Shown here: piece after piece, positions 62,911 to 64,000 of the stretch | How the letters are laid out: the number at the start of each line of letters is the position of its first letter | Numbering within the stretch: the first letter of the stretch is position 1 | Sequence record: OQ174503.1 | Length of the DNA: 64,000 nt | Strand: one strand, 5' to 3' | Origin: Escherichia phage REP4 | Translations under genes and position numbers: made by a program | Notes under the pieces: model-generated | Told to the model about the DNA's origin: nothing | Seen by the model: only the letters and a program-made list of their open reading frames with translations | Database searches by the model: none

Positions 62911-64000
62911 ATTTTGTAATAATGTCAAACTGTTCTTTAAAGCAGAAGCTTGAATCTTGATGCTGATACAAAAATTCATAAGCTTTTTCGCGTTCACGGT
63001 CATAAAGAGCTCGGTCAGATGACAGTTCTTTAATACGCTCAAATGTTGATTCCATGTCATTTTCATCAAACCAAACGATACCGCTATCATGAGAAATTAA
63101 CGGAGTATTATCAACACGGAATTTTAAATTTTCGCCAGTAGATTTCCAAAATACTGGAATTGTTCCACATGCACCAAGCTCGAGATGAGTATATTCTAAA
63201 GAACGTTGTAGATATTTTTTATCCAACTTACTCAACTGATAACCAAATCCGGATTTACTCATGCGTTCAAGCATTTCGCTATTTACATAACGGTCAAGAA
63301 TTTGCGTTGGCAAATTAGGAGCAATTTTAATTTGGTCTACTTGATGAAGACGATAATACTCGTATGGAATTCCTTTTTCTTTAATAGGAATGAACGCTGG
63401 AGAACGTTCCAGACCTTCCATAATAGTGCTTAGTCCTGCAGGTTTAAGATGTTTTTCATGAAAATCAAACATCTGATAAAAGCCTTTCCATGTAGTAGTA
63501 CGACCAATCCAACGGTTGATATTCATGTTAATTTCAGAAACATCTTTCCAGTAGGTTGATCGAACTTTCGCAATATCCATAGGAGGCTGAAAGTTATATA
63601 CGGTCGGTGCTTCTTCAATATCATCAAACAGAGAAACAGTTTCCGGATACCATTCTTTCATCAAAACTTTATTAAAATCACCATTATCAGAATGGCTAAA
63701 AATAACATCAGCTCGACGAACAGTTTCTTCTAATCCCAAATTTCGGCGCAAAGAAAGAGAAGAATGGTCATGTTGATAAACTACAACACGAACCGAAGGT
63801 TTAATGTTATCAATAATTTTTTTATAGTTATTAATCGTGTCTTCTTCAACTGAAGTAGCAGGAACTGAATTGATAATTAGAATATCACAATCATTTACCA
63901 ACTTAAGTGTTTTATCGTATTCTTTTGCCAATAAAACCGGAATTGAAAATGACTTATAATCATGTGCGCAATTACGAGTAAATGATTTATCTTTAGCATA
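62909..64000 (-). CDS. a-gt: DNA alpha-glucosyltransferase, C-terminal about 363 codons; 5-prime end lies beyond window end
   Basis: ORF track entry begins at a TTG, but the frame stays open to position 64000; translation ...YAKDKSFTRNCAHDYKSFSIPVLLAKEYDKTLKLVNDCDILIINSVPATSV matches T4 a-gt. Confidence 0.9.
   Translation of the reverse strand, partial: YAKDKSFTRNCAHDYKSFSIPVLLAKEYDKTLKLVNDCDILIINSVPATSVEEDTINNYKKIIDNIKPSVRVVVYQHDHSSLSLRRNLGLEETVRRADVIFSHSDNGDFNKVLMKEWYPETVSLFDDIEEAPTVYNFQPPMDIAKVRSTYWKDVSEINMNINRWIGRTTTWKGFYQMFDFHEKHLKPAGLSTIMEGLERSPAFIPIKEKGIPYEYYRLHQVDQIKIAPNLPTQILDRYVNSEMLERMSKSGFGYQLSKLDKKYLQRSLEYTHLELGACGTIPVFWKSTGENLKFRVDNTPLISHDSGIVWFDENDMESTFERIKELSSDRALYDREREKAYEFLYQHQDSSFCFKEQFDIITK

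Overview
The window is a contiguous, gene-dense, AT-rich segment of a T-even (T4-like, Tequatrovirus-type) coliphage genome, colinear with the T4 map from nrdA through a-gt across the rIIB/rIIA junction. All identifications are by reading the ORF translations and the DNA; no database search was run. The minus strand carries early/middle genes: nucleotide metabolism (nrdA partial, intron-less td, frd, 42, 56), replication and recombination (32, 59, rnh, dda, dexA, 61, 41, uvsX, 43, 62/44/45, 46/47, topoisomerase 39 and 52), transcription takeover (asiA, motA, modA, modB, srd, rpbA, 33, regA) and host-interaction genes (arn, stp, ndd, denB, rIIA/rIIB, imm, sp, dmd, two glucosyltransferases). The plus strand carries the late long-tail-fibre cassette 34-35-36-37-38 followed by holin t. 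Several hallmarks point to a T2/T6-type rather than T4-type phage: gp38 is a glycine-rich adhesin, gp37 ends in an intramolecular-chaperone domain, gene 39 is unsplit (no gene 60), a 280-aa GT-A glucosyltransferase sits where T4 has b-gt, and no intron or homing endonuclease is present. Regulatory architecture is readable directly: at least 17 copies of a T4 early-promoter motif (GTTTAC, about 18 nt, TATAAT-like) on the minus strand, TATAAATA late promoters for 34, 36, soc and 32, and a family of GGGCC-tetraloop-GGCCC hairpin terminators. No tRNA, rRNA or CRISPR array was found. The best candidates for undescribed biology are the many small accessory ORFs: the counter-defence island between primase 61 and helicase 41 with two extra ORFs under their own promoter, a plus-strand membrane ORF between 56 and 61 where dam is expected, a 68-aa ORF wedged between frd and td, a duplicated array of tiny membrane ORFs next to stp, and an envelope-targeted cluster around imm. 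Coordinates of tiny ORFs not in the supplied track were derived by hand and may be off by 1-2 nt.
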